From Azolla caroliniana (taxonomy: Eukaryota; Plantae; Polypodiophyta): a stretch of DNA of 64,000 nt. Where the stretch lies: NCBI GenBank assembly GCA_043228905.1, contig JBHGNT010000020.1, positions 11,098,001-11,162,000 of the forward strand, read 5' to 3'. The notes below the pieces were generated by a model. It did not search any database and was not told the origin of the DNA. It saw only the letters and a program-made list of their open reading frames with translations. The translations under genes and the position numbers were made by a program. Positions 49,622-60,935 of the stretch are shown piece by piece (position 1 is the stretch's first letter; every line of letters starts with the position of its first letter).

Positions 49622-52600
49622 TGTTGGGATTACGGTCCCTCCGGATGGGATGGTCGGATGTCCGGGAATCGGGAATGAAGACCCGAATGAGGAGTACCCG
49701 GTATCGGAACCGGATGTTGAAGACCCGGTTTCGGATCCGGATGATGAAGACCCCGGCTACGGAGCCGGATGACGAATGTACCCGGAGAGAGATCCGGATG
49801 CGGGGACATATTTGTGAATATGTTTGCCAAGGGCCCTCGAGGCTATACTTGTAAATAGCCCGAAAGTCATATATGTATAAATATGACTTAGGGCAAACAG
49901 TTTTTTTGTTGTTACTCATTTTTCTGGTTTTCCACTTAGAGGGAGCTAAGTGAGCAGCCGAGAGAGAGAGAGAGAGACGAAGAGGTCGTTGCCTCTGTGT
50001 ATTACCGCTGCCTGTGGCGAAGACAGTGAGCTCAAGGTTGTTGCCTTGTAGCTTCACCATTGTACATCTCTGTTTATAGTGATAGTTGGAGTTTGAGGAC
50101 TCCCGTGGTTTTTCCCATTTAGGGTTTTCCACGTAAAACATCCTGTGTACTCTTCTCTCTATTGTCTTCGTGCATTTTGTATTTCCTGTTTTCTGTGAGT
50201 TGATCCTATTCCTCGGTTGTGGCCGAGCACTGTGTTCAACAAAGTGGTATCAGAGCGACGGTAACACAGAAAATGGAAGGCGTCGGTAGTGGGCCTCCGG
50301 GCATGATGGTGTTGAACTCACAGAACTACGCCGACTGGAAGATAAAGATGGAAGACCTTCTCATCGTTCGAGACCTGTATGAACCGATCGACAATGCCGA
50401 GATACCCAAGGGGGTAATAGAGTCGGAGTGGAAGCTCCTGAACCGGAAAGCCGTAGCGACGATCCGGCAATTTGTCGATGTAAGTGTTCTGCAACATGTG
50501 GCGAACGATACGAACGCCTATGAGATGTGGCAGAAGCTATCCGGACTGTATGAGAGGAAGAATGCTCTGACCCGGACCTCCCTGATGAGGAAGATAGTGA
50601 ATCTTAAGTACCGGGACGGCGAGAGCATGGTCGAACACGTCAGCACGTTCATGGGATTCGTGAACCAGCTTGCGGCGATCAAGTTCCCGTTGGATGACGC
50701 AATGCAAGCCATCATGCTGATGTGTACCCTTCCGGAGAGCTGGGAGAACTTGGTAGTTACTCTCAGCACCTCCTGTAAGGAAGAGAACTTGTCTTTACTA
50801 ACGGTAAAGACAAGTATTCTAAATGAAGAAGCGCGTCGGAGAGACAAAGAACCGGCTTCCGACTCGAAGGCGCTGCTTACCGAATCGGAACGGGGAAGAC
50901 AACGGAACCGGAGTCCGCAAAGACGGGAGAAGTCGGGGACACGGTCGCAGTCGAGGGGAAGACCTACATGCTTCTACTGTGGGAAGCCCGGGCATTTCCA
51001 GAAGAACTGTCGGCATTTCCGGAAAGACAACGGAACCGACGGTACCGATTTGAAGAAGTCACCAGAGCGAAACGGTGCATACCGGGGAGCCACGGACCGG
51101 AGAGGTCCGGATCGGCGAGGGCAGGACCGGAAAGGAACGACGGCACTCGCGGCAAGTGAAGAAGAGATAATGCTCATTACCGAAGAGAGAGAGCTGAACC
51201 TTGCCGGTGAAGAGATGACCTGGGTGGTCGATTCCGGAGCGTCATTCCACCTGACCCCGGAGAAGAAATACTTCTCATCCTACACAGCCGGTGAGCACGG
51301 CTGTGTCCGGATGGGAAATGAAGGTACATGCCGGATTGCCGGCATAGGAGACGTGTGGCTGATGACATCAACCGGATGCAAGATGCAGCTGAAGGATGTC
51401 CGACACGTTCCGGAGGTTCGATTGAACCTGATTTCGGCCAGGAGGCTAGACGATGAAGGCTACACGGGTAGCATCCGGAACGGTGTCATGAAGTTCAGCA
51501 AAGGGAGCCTGATAGTGGCTCGGGCCCGGAAGGTCAACACACTGTACCTGATGAATTCCCGGCTATGTCCGGAGGAGCTGAACGTGGCAGCTGACACTGC
51601 CGGTGAGCTGTGGCACAAGAGACTGTGCCACATGAGCGAGAAGGGGATGAAGAGGCTTGCCGAAGGCAACCTGATACCGGTAAAGCACGTACACCTGGGG
51701 AAGTGTACCGACTGTCTGGCCGGTAAGCAAAACCGGACCTCCTTCCGCTCAAGACCACCGATGAGACGTAGTGTACCATTGGAGTTGGTACACACTGATG
51801 TGTGTCAGGTAGAAACGAAGTCACATGGCGGAGCCCAGTACTTCGTAACATTCATAGATGACCATAGCCGGAAGCTGTGGACGGCACCGTTGAAGACAAA
51901 GGACCAAGTATTGTCCGTCTTCAAAGAACTCCACGCGAGAGCGGAAAGGGAATCCGGCAAGAAGCTGAAAGCGATACGAGCGGATAACGAAGGGGAATAC
52001 CGGGGGCAGTTCGAGGAGTACTGTCGCTCGAAGGGAATCCGGCTCGAGTTTACTGTGCCGAAGACGCCGGAACTGAACGGGCTGGCCGAGAGGATGAACC
52101 GGACCATAATGGAGAGGGTCCGGAGTATGCTGGCGCATGCGAAATTACCCAAGGGGTTTTGGGCTGAGGCAATGTCGACGGCGACATATGTGATAAATAG
52201 ATCACCCTCAGTACCCCTGGATGGAGACACGCCACAGAGAGTGTGGACCGGTAAGGAAGTGTCCTACCGGCATCTGAAGGTGTTTGGGTGTCTCGCATAC
52301 GTGCATGTGGCAAAGGACCGGAGAGGAAAGTTAGATCCAAAGACCCGGCCGTGCATATTCCTCGGTTACGGCGACGACGAGTTCGGCTACCGAGTATGGG
52401 ACCCGGTCGACAAGAAGATATTCAGGAGTCGAGATATCATCTTCATGGAGGACAAGACACTCGCCGACTGGGAGTTGGATAAGAAGATGAAGAGCTCCAA
52501 GTCGACCGGTGAGGATCAACTCTACGAGGAGCAGTTCCGACCGGCGAGGGACCGGTTAGCACTCGAGGATCCGGCCGAAGACGGTGAAGAAGCAGAACCG

Positions 52601-55005
52601 GCCGAGGAAGATGAAACTGATACCGGAACCGGCCCCGATCCCGAAATGGATTCGGATGAAGAGGAAACGGAGGAGCCGGTTACCGAAGCTCCGGAACGGA
52701 GATATCCTCTCAGAGAGAGAAGGGCCCCCCGAAGATTTCCGGATCCAGAGCACGTGTTGCTGACCGACGAGGGGGAGCCGGAGAGCTTTGAAGAAGCAAA
52801 CCATGACACCCAGAGCCGAAAGTGGTTGAGTGCCATGCAGGACGAGATGGATTCCCTGCATGAGAACCACACATATGAACTTGTGGAGTTGCCGAAAGGA
52901 AAACGGGCACTTCGAAACAAGTGGGTGTTCAAGCTGAAACCGGGAGATGCCGGCAACCCCCCGAGATACAAAGCCAGGATCGTGGTGAAGGGGTTCCAGC
53001 AGAAGAAGGGCGTCGACTTCGACGAGATATTTGCCCCGGTAGTAAAGATGACCTCCATCTGGACGGTGCTGAGCATAGCGGCAAGCATGGACCTCGAGGT
53101 AGAACAGATGGACGTGAAGACGGCATTCCTTCACGGTGACCTCGAAGAAGAGATCTACATGCAGCAACCGGAAGGATTCGAGAAGAAAAGGAAGGAGCAC
53201 CTGGTATGCCGGTTGAAGAAGAGCCTTTACGGACTGAAGCAGGCTCCCCGACAATGGTACCGGAAGTTCGACTCTTTCATGACCGACGAAGGGTACCACA
53301 AAACGCAGTCCGATCACTGCGTGTTTGTGAAGAAGTTCGAAGGAGGAGACTCTCTAATACTCCTCCTGTACGTGGACGACATGTTGATCGTCGGACGGGA
53401 CCAGGTCAAGATACGGATGCTGAAGAAAGCGCTTCACCGAACCTTCTCAATGAAGGACCTGGGTCCGGCGAGGCAAATCCTAGGGATGCACATCATCCGG
53501 GACCGGAAGAAGAAGCAATTGTGGCTGTCACAGGAGAAGTACGTGACAAAGGTGCTTCACCGGTTCAACATGTCGGAAGCAAAACCGGTCGGGTCAACCC
53601 TCCCGGCAAACTGCAAGTTGTCCAGCAAGCAAAGCCCCAAGACAAAGGCTGAGAAGGAGGACATGATGAAAGTACCATATGCCTCTGCCGTCGGGAGCTT
53701 GATGTACGCAATGGTGTGTACCCGACTGGACATTGGATACGCAGTCGGAGTGGTGAGCCGGTATATGAGTAATCCCGGCAAGGAACACTGGAACGCGGTC
53801 AAATGGATACTCCGATACCTGAAGGGCACGGCAAACGTGTGCCTCCGATTCGGCTTCGGTAAGCCCGAACTCGACGGCTTTACCGATTCGGATATGTCGG
53901 CTGATGCAGATACCAGCCGGTCCACATCAGGGTATGTGATGACGTATGCATGGGGAGCTGTTTCGTGGCAGTCGAGGCTGCAGAAGACGGTTGCGTTGTC
54001 AACCACGGAGGCGGAGTACATGGCGGCTGTCGAAGCCGGCAAGGAAATAATATGGATGAAGGACTTCATCAGAGAGCTCGGTATCCGGCAGGAGGAGTAC
54101 CGACTCTACTGCGATAGTCAGAGTGCCATCCACCTTGCGAAGAACGCGGCCTACCATTCCCGGACGAAACACATCCAGCGTAGATACCACTGGATCCGGG
54201 AAAGGATAGAAGACCAGGAGTTCGTGCTGACGAAGATCCACACGGACGAGAACGGGTCAGATATGCTGACCAAAGTGCTCACACCCGACAAGCTGGAAGC
54301 GTGCCGGAAGAGGGTCGGACTGGAAAGACATCCCATGCCGAAGTGAAGGGGGAGTTTGTTGGGATTACGGTCCCTCCGGATGGGATGGTCGGATGTCCGG
54401 GAATCGGGAATGAAGACCCGAATGAGGAGTACCCGGTATCGGAACCGGATGTTGAAGACCCGGTTTCGGATCCAGATGATGAAGACCCCGGCTACGGAGC
54501 CGGATGATGAAGACCCCGGCTACGGAGCCGGATGACGAATGTACCCGGAGAGAGATCCGGATGCGGGGACATATTTGTGAATATGTTTGCCAAGGGCCCT
54601 CGAGGCTATACTTGTAAATAGCCCGAAAGTCATATATGTATAAATATGACTTAGGGCAAACAGTTTTTTTTGTTGTTACTCATTTTTCTGGTTTTCCACT
54701 TAGAGGGAGCTAAGTGAGCAGCCGAGAGAGAGAGAGAGAGACGAAGAGGTCGTTGCCTCTGTGTATTACCGCTGCCTGTGGCGAAGACAGTGAGCTCAAG
54801 GTTGTTGCCTTGTAGCTTCACCATTGTACATCTCTGTTTATAGTGATAGTTGGAGTTTGAGGACTCCCGTGGTTTTTCCCATTTAGGGTTTTCCACGTAA
54901 AACATCCTGTGTACTCTTCTCTCTATTGTCTTCGTGCATTTTGTATTTCCTGTTTTCTGTGAGTTGATCCTATTCCTCGGTTGTGGCCGAGCACTGTGTT
55001 CAACA
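49622..55005 (+). mobile_element. Full-length Ty1/copia LTR retrotransposon (family A), copy A2, very young
   Basis: 5' LTR 49622-50241 and 3' LTR 54357-55005, TSD GGTAG (49617-49621 and 55006-55010), PBS 50245-50256, PPT GAAGGGGGAG just before 54357. Confidence 0.98.
50273..54346 (+). CDS. Copia gag-pol polyprotein (1357 aa): gag/zinc knuckle, protease, integrase, RT, RNase H
   Basis: Uninterrupted ORF from ATG 50273, with CFYCGKPGHFQKNC, VVDSGAS, WHKRLCH..CTDC, HTD..ADN..LAER, LYVDD and FTDSD..EAEY..YCDS..SDMLTK. Confidence 0.96.
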   Translation: MEGVGSGPPGMMVLNSQNYADWKIKMEDLLIVRDLYEPIDNAEIPKGVIESEWKLLNRKAVATIRQFVDVSVLQHVANDTNAYEMWQKLSGLYERKNALTRTSLMRKIVNLKYRDGESMVEHVSTFMGFVNQLAAIKFPLDDAMQAIMLMCTLPESWENLVVTLSTSCKEENLSLLTVKTSILNEEARRRDKEPASDSKALLTESERGRQRNRSPQRREKSGTRSQSRGRPTCFYCGKPGHFQKNCRHFRKDNGTDGTDLKKSPERNGAYRGATDRRGPDRRGQDRKGTTALAASEEEIMLITEERELNLAGEEMTWVVDSGASFHLTPEKKYFSSYTAGEHGCVRMGNEGTCRIAGIGDVWLMTSTGCKMQLKDVRHVPEVRLNLISARRLDDEGYTGSIRNGVMKFSKGSLIVARARKVNTLYLMNSRLCPEELNVAADTAGELWHKRLCHMSEKGMKRLAEGNLIPVKHVHLGKCTDCLAGKQNRTSFRSRPPMRRSVPLELVHTDVCQVETKSHGGAQYFVTFIDDHSRKLWTAPLKTKDQVLSVFKELHARAERESGKKLKAIRADNEGEYRGQFEEYCRSKGIRLEFTVPKTPELNGLAERMNRTIMERVRSMLAHAKLPKGFWAEAMSTATYVINRSPSVPLDGDTPQRVWTGKEVSYRHLKVFGCLAYVHVAKDRRGKLDPKTRPCIFLGYGDDEFGYRVWDPVDKKIFRSRDIIFMEDKTLADWELDKKMKSSKSTGEDQLYEEQFRPARDRLALEDPAEDGEEAEPAEEDETDTGTGPDPEMDSDEEETEEPVTEAPERRYPLRERRAPRRFPDPEHVLLTDEGEPESFEEANHDTQSRKWLSAMQDEMDSLHENHTYELVELPKGKRALRNKWVFKLKPGDAGNPPRYKARIVVKGFQQKKGVDFDEIFAPVVKMTSIWTVLSIAASMDLEVEQMDVKTAFLHGDLEEEIYMQQPEGFEKKRKEHLVCRLKKSLYGLKQAPRQWYRKFDSFMTDEGYHKTQSDHCVFVKKFEGGDSLILLLYVDDMLIVGRDQVKIRMLKKALHRTFSMKDLGPARQILGMHIIRDRKKKQLWLSQEKYVTKVLHRFNMSEAKPVGSTLPANCKLSSKQSPKTKAEKEDMMKVPYASAVGSLMYAMVCTRLDIGYAVGVVSRYMSNPGKEHWNAVKWILRYLKGTANVCLRFGFGKPELDGFTDSDMSADADTSRSTSGYVMTYAWGAVSWQSRLQKTVALSTTEAEYMAAVEAGKEIIWMKDFIRELGIRQEEYRLYCDSQSAIHLAKNAAYHSRTKHIQRRYHWIRERIEDQEFVLTKIHTDENGSDMLTKVLTPDKLEACRKRVGLERHPMPK

Positions 55006-55499
55006 GGTAGTACTTTATAGAATATTAAATGATCCATCGATAAACGAGTTAGTTGATTGTGATGGTCTTAATGCAAACCTAACATTTGTACTAATAAATA
55101 ATCTCCGTAATATTTTCGTATCCATGAGCAGGTCAGAAGATGATCTTGTCTTAAAAAGGTCTATTCTAATGATGTTACTTAATAGTGATGTTGATGATAT
55201 TAACATCAGTGTGCTATCTAAGGTAATTGGTGTTAGTAGAAAAAGTGTGTACAATACATTGAACCGGATAGTTTCCTCGGGTCTAAAGCTAACAACAAGA
55301 TGTAAGCCAATGACACCCATAACATCAGAAATCAAGGATATAATCACAATATTTTGGACTAATGAGAGTAGGGTTTCACCCAATAAGAAGGATTTATGCA
55401 GGAAACGTGTTGGAAAGAGTCAAAATGAGGAGCATCCCATTCATCATCTTATGTACCTTAGGTATTTACATTTATCTCAACACTTGTTTTGACTTTTGA

Positions 55500-56025
55500 G
55501 CTTAGTTAGTTAGCTTATTAGCTACCTCTGAATATGACCATACCCGAATAGCTAATTACCTACCTCTGAATATGACCATACCCGAATAGCTAATTACCTA
55601 CCTCTGAATATGACCATAGCTAACTAGCTACCAGTGATAGCTAATTAACTACAATAATAGTTAATTAGCTCCCTAAGAATATCGAACATAGCTATTTAGC
55701 TACCAGAATAGCTAATTAGCTACCATTCATAGCTATTTAGCTACCACAATATCTAATTAGCTTCCTATAACAATAGTTATTTAGCTACCAGAGTAGCTAA
55801 TTAGTTGCTTATGACTATAGCTAATTAGCTACCAGAATTGCTAATCCGCTACTAGAATAACTACTGTAATAAACTATGGTAGTAGCTAATTAGCTACCAT
55901 TGAGCTAATTAGCTACTGCATTAAACTATGGTAGTAGCTAATTAGCTACCACTTAGCTAATTAGGTACTCAGCTAAAGTATGGTAGTAGCTAATTAGCTA
56001 CTCAATTGAAGTATGGTAGTAGCTA
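55500..56025. repeat. Array of the 14-bp palindrome TAGCTAATTAGCTA and variants
   Basis: Many perfect and near-perfect copies with short variable linkers; includes a 38-bp direct repeat at 55522-55620. Confidence 0.9.
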
Positions 56026-57120
56026 AGATTCATTACATGGAAGTCTACTTCCTCTATATAAGTATCAATCGAAATTCCTAATGAATGAATCGCCCCATTG
56101 ATGTATTGTACTCTTCCATCAGCCAAGTGCACCGTGTAGGTGTGATCACTTACGGTGGGTTGGATTCCCCATATTTGAACCAAACAATCATTCACAAAAT
56201 TGTGTGAGCTTCCCGAATCAAATAAAAATTGTATAGGAGATCCATTGATATACCCGTTTGCACGTAGTAAATCATTGGGACCCAATACATAGTGAGGGAA
56301 AGAACATTGACAATTACTTAAATGATGTGTATAGACCTGAAGGACATTAGGAATCTGACCTTTATGGTCTGAAGCTTTAGGTTTGCTGTCATGCTCTTTC
56401 TGTTGGAGCTTTCGACATTGCTCTTTTGTGTGACCATCTTTTTGCAGAATACGCAAAAAGGATGTTGTCGCTTACAATCGCGATCCAGAAATTCGTTGGG
56501 TGTCTTGCGTTTCCCAACAAATTGCGACTGCTTAGTTCCGGGCGCTTCGTTGGGTTTGTTGTGGTCCTTCTTCGAAGTGCGTTGATAGCAAAGAACTATT
56601 TCAACGGCCTCTTCGAAGGATTTTGGATCCTTATCGTGCACTATCCAGTGATAGTCCGAATTGGGGATGCCATTGACAAAACAAGCTATCAACCAATTGT
56701 TCCCTTCTAGACCCGATTTTTGGATTTGGGTTCTAGCATGGTGAACATAGTCTTCTAGCGAGGAAAATTTCCTGCTAGAGAGGTTCATTAAAGCTTGTGC
56801 TGCCTCGGTTCGAGAGGGAGGTGGCAAAAATTGGCCCTTAAAAATCGTGACAAAATCTGTCCAAGTATCGGGCAATTTCCCCATATTACGGAGCCCACAC
56901 CACCAGGCGGCGGCCTTACCTCCGAGTTCTCGGCCGACATATGGAATCTTCGTACTATCTGGCGTGGGATAGAGCTCAAAATGAGACTTCCATCGTCCCA
57001 GCCATGTGCATATTGCTTCTTCGGTTCTTTCCTTTTTGTCTCTCGTAAATGGCTTAACGACAAATGATGGTTCACCTTGTCTCTCATCAGGTCTATTAGT
57101 CTCACGTTGTAGACTAATGA
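56026..57120 (-). pseudogene. Ty3/gypsy gag-protease remnant
   Basis: TWTDFVTIFKGQFLP (gag), CVFCKK..GHTKEQC zinc knuckle across a frameshift, FLFDSGSSHNFV (protease). Confidence 0.85.
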
Positions 57121-57125
57121 CACGT

Positions 57126-60100
57126 TGTCGTGCCTTTCGGCTCCGGATCGTTGCGTGAGTCGGGTGGGAACCACAGAGGTCTTGGACTAGGAGAAAGAAG
57201 TTCGTGAGATAGAGATTAATTATGAATAAATAGCGAAGAGAAAGATAAGAAACTCGTGAATCACACGAGTATACTATATTAATTGGTACTTAGGGTGTTA
57301 AGAGAGAAGTAGATGTATAAATCGTGAATCCCACGAATAATTTTTGTATTGATTAATACTTAATCCAAATAATCAACAACCCTTTATATATTTCTCTCCT
57401 CCTTATATAAGGAAGGAAGAGCTAAGCATGGCTTCATGCTTTTTTTTTACAAAAAGTGTTCATGTCCACTAAATGTGCATGTGATGCTTTTTTATTTCCT
57501 AAGTATAGGGCTCATGCACGCTAGATGTGCATGAGTTATTTTTAGTGTCTCGTGTTTTTCATATATTAAAAAAATACACGATTTACCTTTTAATAAAGGT
57601 ATGCATAAATAAAGGTCTTATACGTATTAAATCTATATTTAAAACACTTAAGATAAGTTAATGTAATGGTAAGGTTGGGGTTTGTCAACGTGGAGGTGCA
57701 GAGTTCGAATCACGCCCTGCGTAGTAGTGAGTATTTCCTTATTTTTTTTTTACATTTATGTCTCTTTATCCAGCTCTTCCTTGCCGGTATGCCGTTTTCT
57801 TCCTTGCCGGTATGCCGTTTTCCTCCTTGCCGGTATGCCGTTTTCTTCCGGTTCTCACCGAGCACTCCATTCTCTATCCGGAGGGACAAAAATATAATTT
57901 CCACATAGTGTGCAACCTACACTACGACACTCGCCCCCTCCAAACCCGCACATCCTCCGGTATGTGCCGAAGTTCTTGATTCTTCGTATCCGTCTTCATC
58001 CGAAGCTTCCTCCGATTCTCCCCTTATGTCGACTATGAGTTGTAATCCACTTTCTTCGCTTCCCGCATCATTGTGGTCTTCGTCCGATTGCTCCTCGTTG
58101 TCGGCCTCGACTTGGATCACATAAGGTTTGTCGTCGGTCCGCTTCTTGAAAATCTTCACCCGCTTCCCGGCTATAGGCACTCGTAGTATTGTTCCATCCA
58201 ACTCGGACAGTCGGTACGTCCCGTTGTCGAAGACCTTCCGAACCTCGTACGGCCCGAACCACCTTTTCGCGAATTTCCGCATCGTTGTATGTTGATGGTC
58301 CAAGCTACTATCATAGACGATCACCCAAATCTCCTTCTTCAATCCTCCTCGGTCGTAGTCGGTGCTTTGTGTCGAACCGGCTTTTGTTCCGGAACCGTGC
58401 TTCTTGTTGTCGGCGTGACGCTTCCGCTACATCTTTCGGTCTTCCCTCCAGTTGTCGTATCTGGACCGCTAGTAGTTCTTCCCGGCTCATCTCTTCCTTC
58501 CATGGTAGTATTGTCCATGTCGCGATTGCGGTTTCCGTTGGCATTACCGGTGCTTGTCCGGTCATGAGTTCTGCCGGCATGTAACCGGTCACGGAGCTAT
58601 GCGTCGTCCGATCCGCCCATAGTGCATACGGAAGCATTTGTGGCCAATCCTTCACCCTTCCGTCGCATGCCTTCGCAAGTGCTTTCACGATCGGACTATG
58701 TCCTCGTTCGATCTTCCCGTTGGCCTCCGGATTGTAGGCCGTTGTCAACGTTAACCGAACTCCATGTTTGGCGAGGAATCCCCTAGCTTTGTCCGAGTCG
58801 AGTTCTCCCCGGTCCGCAATCACTTGTCCTACGCAGCCGTACCTACAAAACACTTCTTCCAAAAGAAATTGGCACACCGCGGCACACGTTTTCCTCCGAA
58901 GCGCTCGACCTTCAACTTGGTTTGTGAGATCTTCTCGAGCTAACACCAAGTATTTCTTTTGTCCAATCCCGGTCGGCATAGCTACAATGTCGACCATCCA
59001 CTTGAAGTTGATTGTCGGTGAGAATGTCGGATGCAGCTCATCTCGATGTCGGACCCCGGAGTAGACTTGACATTTCTCGCAGCTTTCTGTGAACTCCGCG
59101 ACATCTTTATACATGTTCTTCCACCAATATCTTTGCTTGATTTTCACAAAAGTTGCCCATGTTCCTCGATGTCCAGCCCAATCGGATTCGTGGAACTCGG
59201 ACATTATCCGGTTTCGTTGCTCTTTCGTCCCGACTACTCGAAGTGGTATCCCATCCGGTCTTTTCGGCGTCCTCCATATCAAACCGTTTTCCAAGAAGAA
59301 CTTTTGGACTTGCCTCTTCTTCCTTCGGATCTCGGCTCTCCTTTCTTTATCATTGGTTGAATCCTCGACCTCTTGTAGCATCTTCCCGATCATCAAGGTT
59401 TCCCCCTCGTATTCTTCTTCCCGGAATTCTCGGATCACGTTCACTCAGCATATGTGTTCTGACGTGAAGTAGTCTTCGGAAACTTCTTCATTATCTGATT
59501 CGGTTATGTCGTCTTCAAACCGCGCCCTCGATAACATGTCCGCTACCGCGTTGTCCTTCCCCAAGATGTGTCGAACCTCCGGATTAAGTGACTTGACATA
59601 TGCAATCCACCTTAGCATAGCCACATCCGGTATCGTACAACACCGCATCATCCCGAGTATCGGAAGACAATCCGTCTCGATCACCACTTCAGCTCCGATC
59701 AAATAATCCCGATCCGATTTTATCGCCGACACGACTCCCCACAATTCTCTTTTGACTTGTGCATATCCGCGTTGCCTTTCGTTGAGGACCTTTGCTCCAA
59801 ATCGGATCGGATACCGCGAACCATCCGAGTCGGCTTGATTGATGACCCACCCGATACCGGTTGGACTTGTATCAACCGTTACTATGATTGGCCGCTCGTA
59901 GCTTGGCTTCTTAAGTGATTCCGCCCTCCATAGTGTCTTCTTGAGCTTCCTCATGGCTTTAGTGTGTTCCGGTTTCCACTCGAATTTCTTACCTTTCCGC
60001 AACAAGTGATAGAGCGGGTCCGCTATATGTGCATAGTGCGGAATCCATATGTGATAGAATGCACACGCACCCAGAAACCTTCGGACTTCCGATGTTGACT

Positions 60101-60835
60101 CACATACTTCCTTCATAGCTTGAATCGCATCGATCTTTGTTGGTGACGGTCTTCGGCCGTAGGGTCCACATAGATGTCCGACCACCAATATTTCTTCTTG
60201 CCCGAATGCCGATTTCTCCCCGGAAAGTGTTAGGTGCACATCTTCTAGCTTTCGCAACACTTTCTCGCAATCATGAATATGGTCGACCACGAACTTTCGG
60301 CATCCCCGATCATCCATAGTCTCATCTTTTTCTTCCACCGCGCATCCTTTCATCGGAATGTCATCTAGAAACGGCATCGTTATCTCCGGGATGCAATCTC
60401 GAAGCACCTTGTTCATCGCGTTCATCATATGTGCAACCGAGTTTGTCGCTCCTTGTGGTAGTGTGCACATTCGAACTAGTCCTATCGGTGTCCGCATGGT
60501 AGTGATGTCTCGGCTCTCCACGGCTAGTTGGAATTGGTCATACCCCGAGTATAGGTCCCCGATGGAGTATATCGCACGTCCGGCAAAAGCTTCCGCGAAT
60601 TCGTCCACTATCGGACCGACTCCCGAGTTCCGGATCGTGACCTTGTTCACCGGTTGCAAGTCTTGGATGAATCGGAGTGACCCATTCTTCTTCGGAACCG
60701 TAAACCATCGATTTGAGTATGGAGCACTTGATGGCTCTAGAATCCCCATCGCCACCTTCTCCTTGAGCAAGTCGATGACTTTCGGAATATGCGCCCGTGG
60801 CACCGGAATCGGCTTCAGGTTCCACGGTACATGAT
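57126..60835 (-). mobile_element. Ty3/gypsy element: RT-RNase H-integrase, PPT and 3' LTR (57126-57929); cut by the assembly gap
   Basis: ORF 59445-60803 has DLYSGYDQ, LPQGATNS, FLDD, VDTS and ETDC. ORF 58311-59444 has HHCC, MVD..IAD..KIER, and a GPY motif follows after a frameshift. PPT GGAGGGGGCGAG at 57930-57941; LTR TGTCGT...ACGACA. Confidence 0.93.
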
Positions 60836-60935
60836 NNNNNNNNNNNNNNNNNNNNNNNNNNNNNNNNNNNNNNNNNNNNNNNNNNNNNNNNNNNNNNNNN
60901 NNNNNNNNNNNNNNNNNNNNNNNNNNNNNNNNNNN
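60836..60935. other. Assembly gap (100 N)
   Basis: Run of N; elements on the two sides differ in family and orientation. Confidence 1.

Larger units (their letters stand above)
49290..55460 (+). pseudogene. Exon of a probable DNA-transposon gene, split by copia A2
   Basis: Removing 49622-55005 plus one GGTAG joins ...KVVDYFNVRTKHISNEDKKV to VLYRILNDPS...FWTNESRVSPNKKDLCRKRVGKSQNEEHPIHHL in frame. Acceptor-like ttttcttcAG at ~49289 and donor-like AG|GTAT at ~55461. Confidence 0.55.

Noticed and set aside
50219-50272. ORF-track start of gag-pol at 50219
   Set aside because: Non-ATG codon inside the LTR, upstream of the PBS; the ATG equivalent to copy A1 is at 50273.
9608-55005. Copies A1 and A2, 40 kb apart, as a segmental duplication
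   Set aside because: Different TSDs (CGAAA vs GGTAG), flanks and LTR variants show independent insertions.
57075-57125. Minus-strand CTGATGAG next to an ATTAGTCT/AGACTAAT hairpin as a ribozyme or PBS
   Set aside because: No stem II or GAAA after the motif. The adjacent LTR is a 3' LTR (PPT at its other end), so no PBS is expected.
57655-57722. Functional tRNA gene (also 2185-2255)
   Set aside because: A/B-box-like motifs are present but acceptor and anticodon stems do not pair; kept only as a tRNA-derived module.
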